From Octopus sinensis (lineage: Eukaryota): a stretch of 64,000 nucleotides of DNA. Positions 63,835 to 64,000 of this stretch are shown here, piece by piece (position 1 is the first letter of the stretch; the number at the start of each line of letters is the position of its first letter). The stretch is taken from positions 15,686,001 through 15,750,000 of the forward strand of contig NC_043001.1 of assembly GCF_006345805.1 (NCBI RefSeq). The letters are read 5' to 3'. Below the pieces are notes generated by a model. The model saw only the letters and a program-made list of their open reading frames with translations. It searched no databases and was not told where the DNA came from. A program made the translations under genes and the position numbers.

Positions 63835-64000
63835 GGCATTTGTCTGTCTGTCTGTGTGTGTCTGTCAGGTTGTACCCTCACCCTGACCACGGCTTTCAAC
63901 CGATTCTGATGAAACTTGACACACACATAGCCCAATGTCATAATTCAAAACTAACGCAGCGAAAATTTTGAAAAGTTTCCCCAGTTCTGAAAAAATCGAT
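63800..64000 (+). mobile_element. Probable non-autonomous Helitron 5' part (runs off the window)
   Basis: A-T-C start, (TA)n, aaacggcatttgtctgtctgtctg leader, similar in style to 13137. Confidence 0.55.

Overview
AT-rich eukaryotic DNA packed with (TA)n/(CA)n/(TAA)n microsatellites, tRNA-derived SINEs, decayed LINE 3' ends and MITEs. This style is most consistent with an octopod cephalopod; that is an inference from the repeat landscape, not from a search. No complete protein-coding gene, rRNA, true tRNA or CRISPR array is present, and almost all listed ORFs are translations of microsatellites or SINEs. One candidate first coding exon lies on the minus strand (35110-35269) in a SINE-free zone next to a 100-N gap. 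Recognisable elements: two abundant SINE families (A, B) and two rarer ones; an R4/Dong-like RLE LINE 3' end; RTE-like and CR1-like LINE 3' ends; hAT elements with 8-bp TSDs; a Merlin-like MITE; Tc1/mariner-type MITEs; non-autonomous Helitrons; and an 895-bp near-identical tandem duplication. The most striking signal is a set of short modules, mostly embedded in (TA)n, from several apparently unrelated families. They carry type I hammerhead-ribozyme (HHR) motifs: CUGANGA or CCGANGA core, GAAA, palindromic stem III and an NUH cleavage site. Many form head-to-head fold-back hairpins whose turn point lies at or next to the ribozyme. They look like Penelope-like pseudo-LTR/retrozyme derivatives, and the best-preserved copy is at 8732-8819. 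All RNA folds were done by eye and need computational and in-vitro confirmation. Boundaries of decayed elements are approximate.
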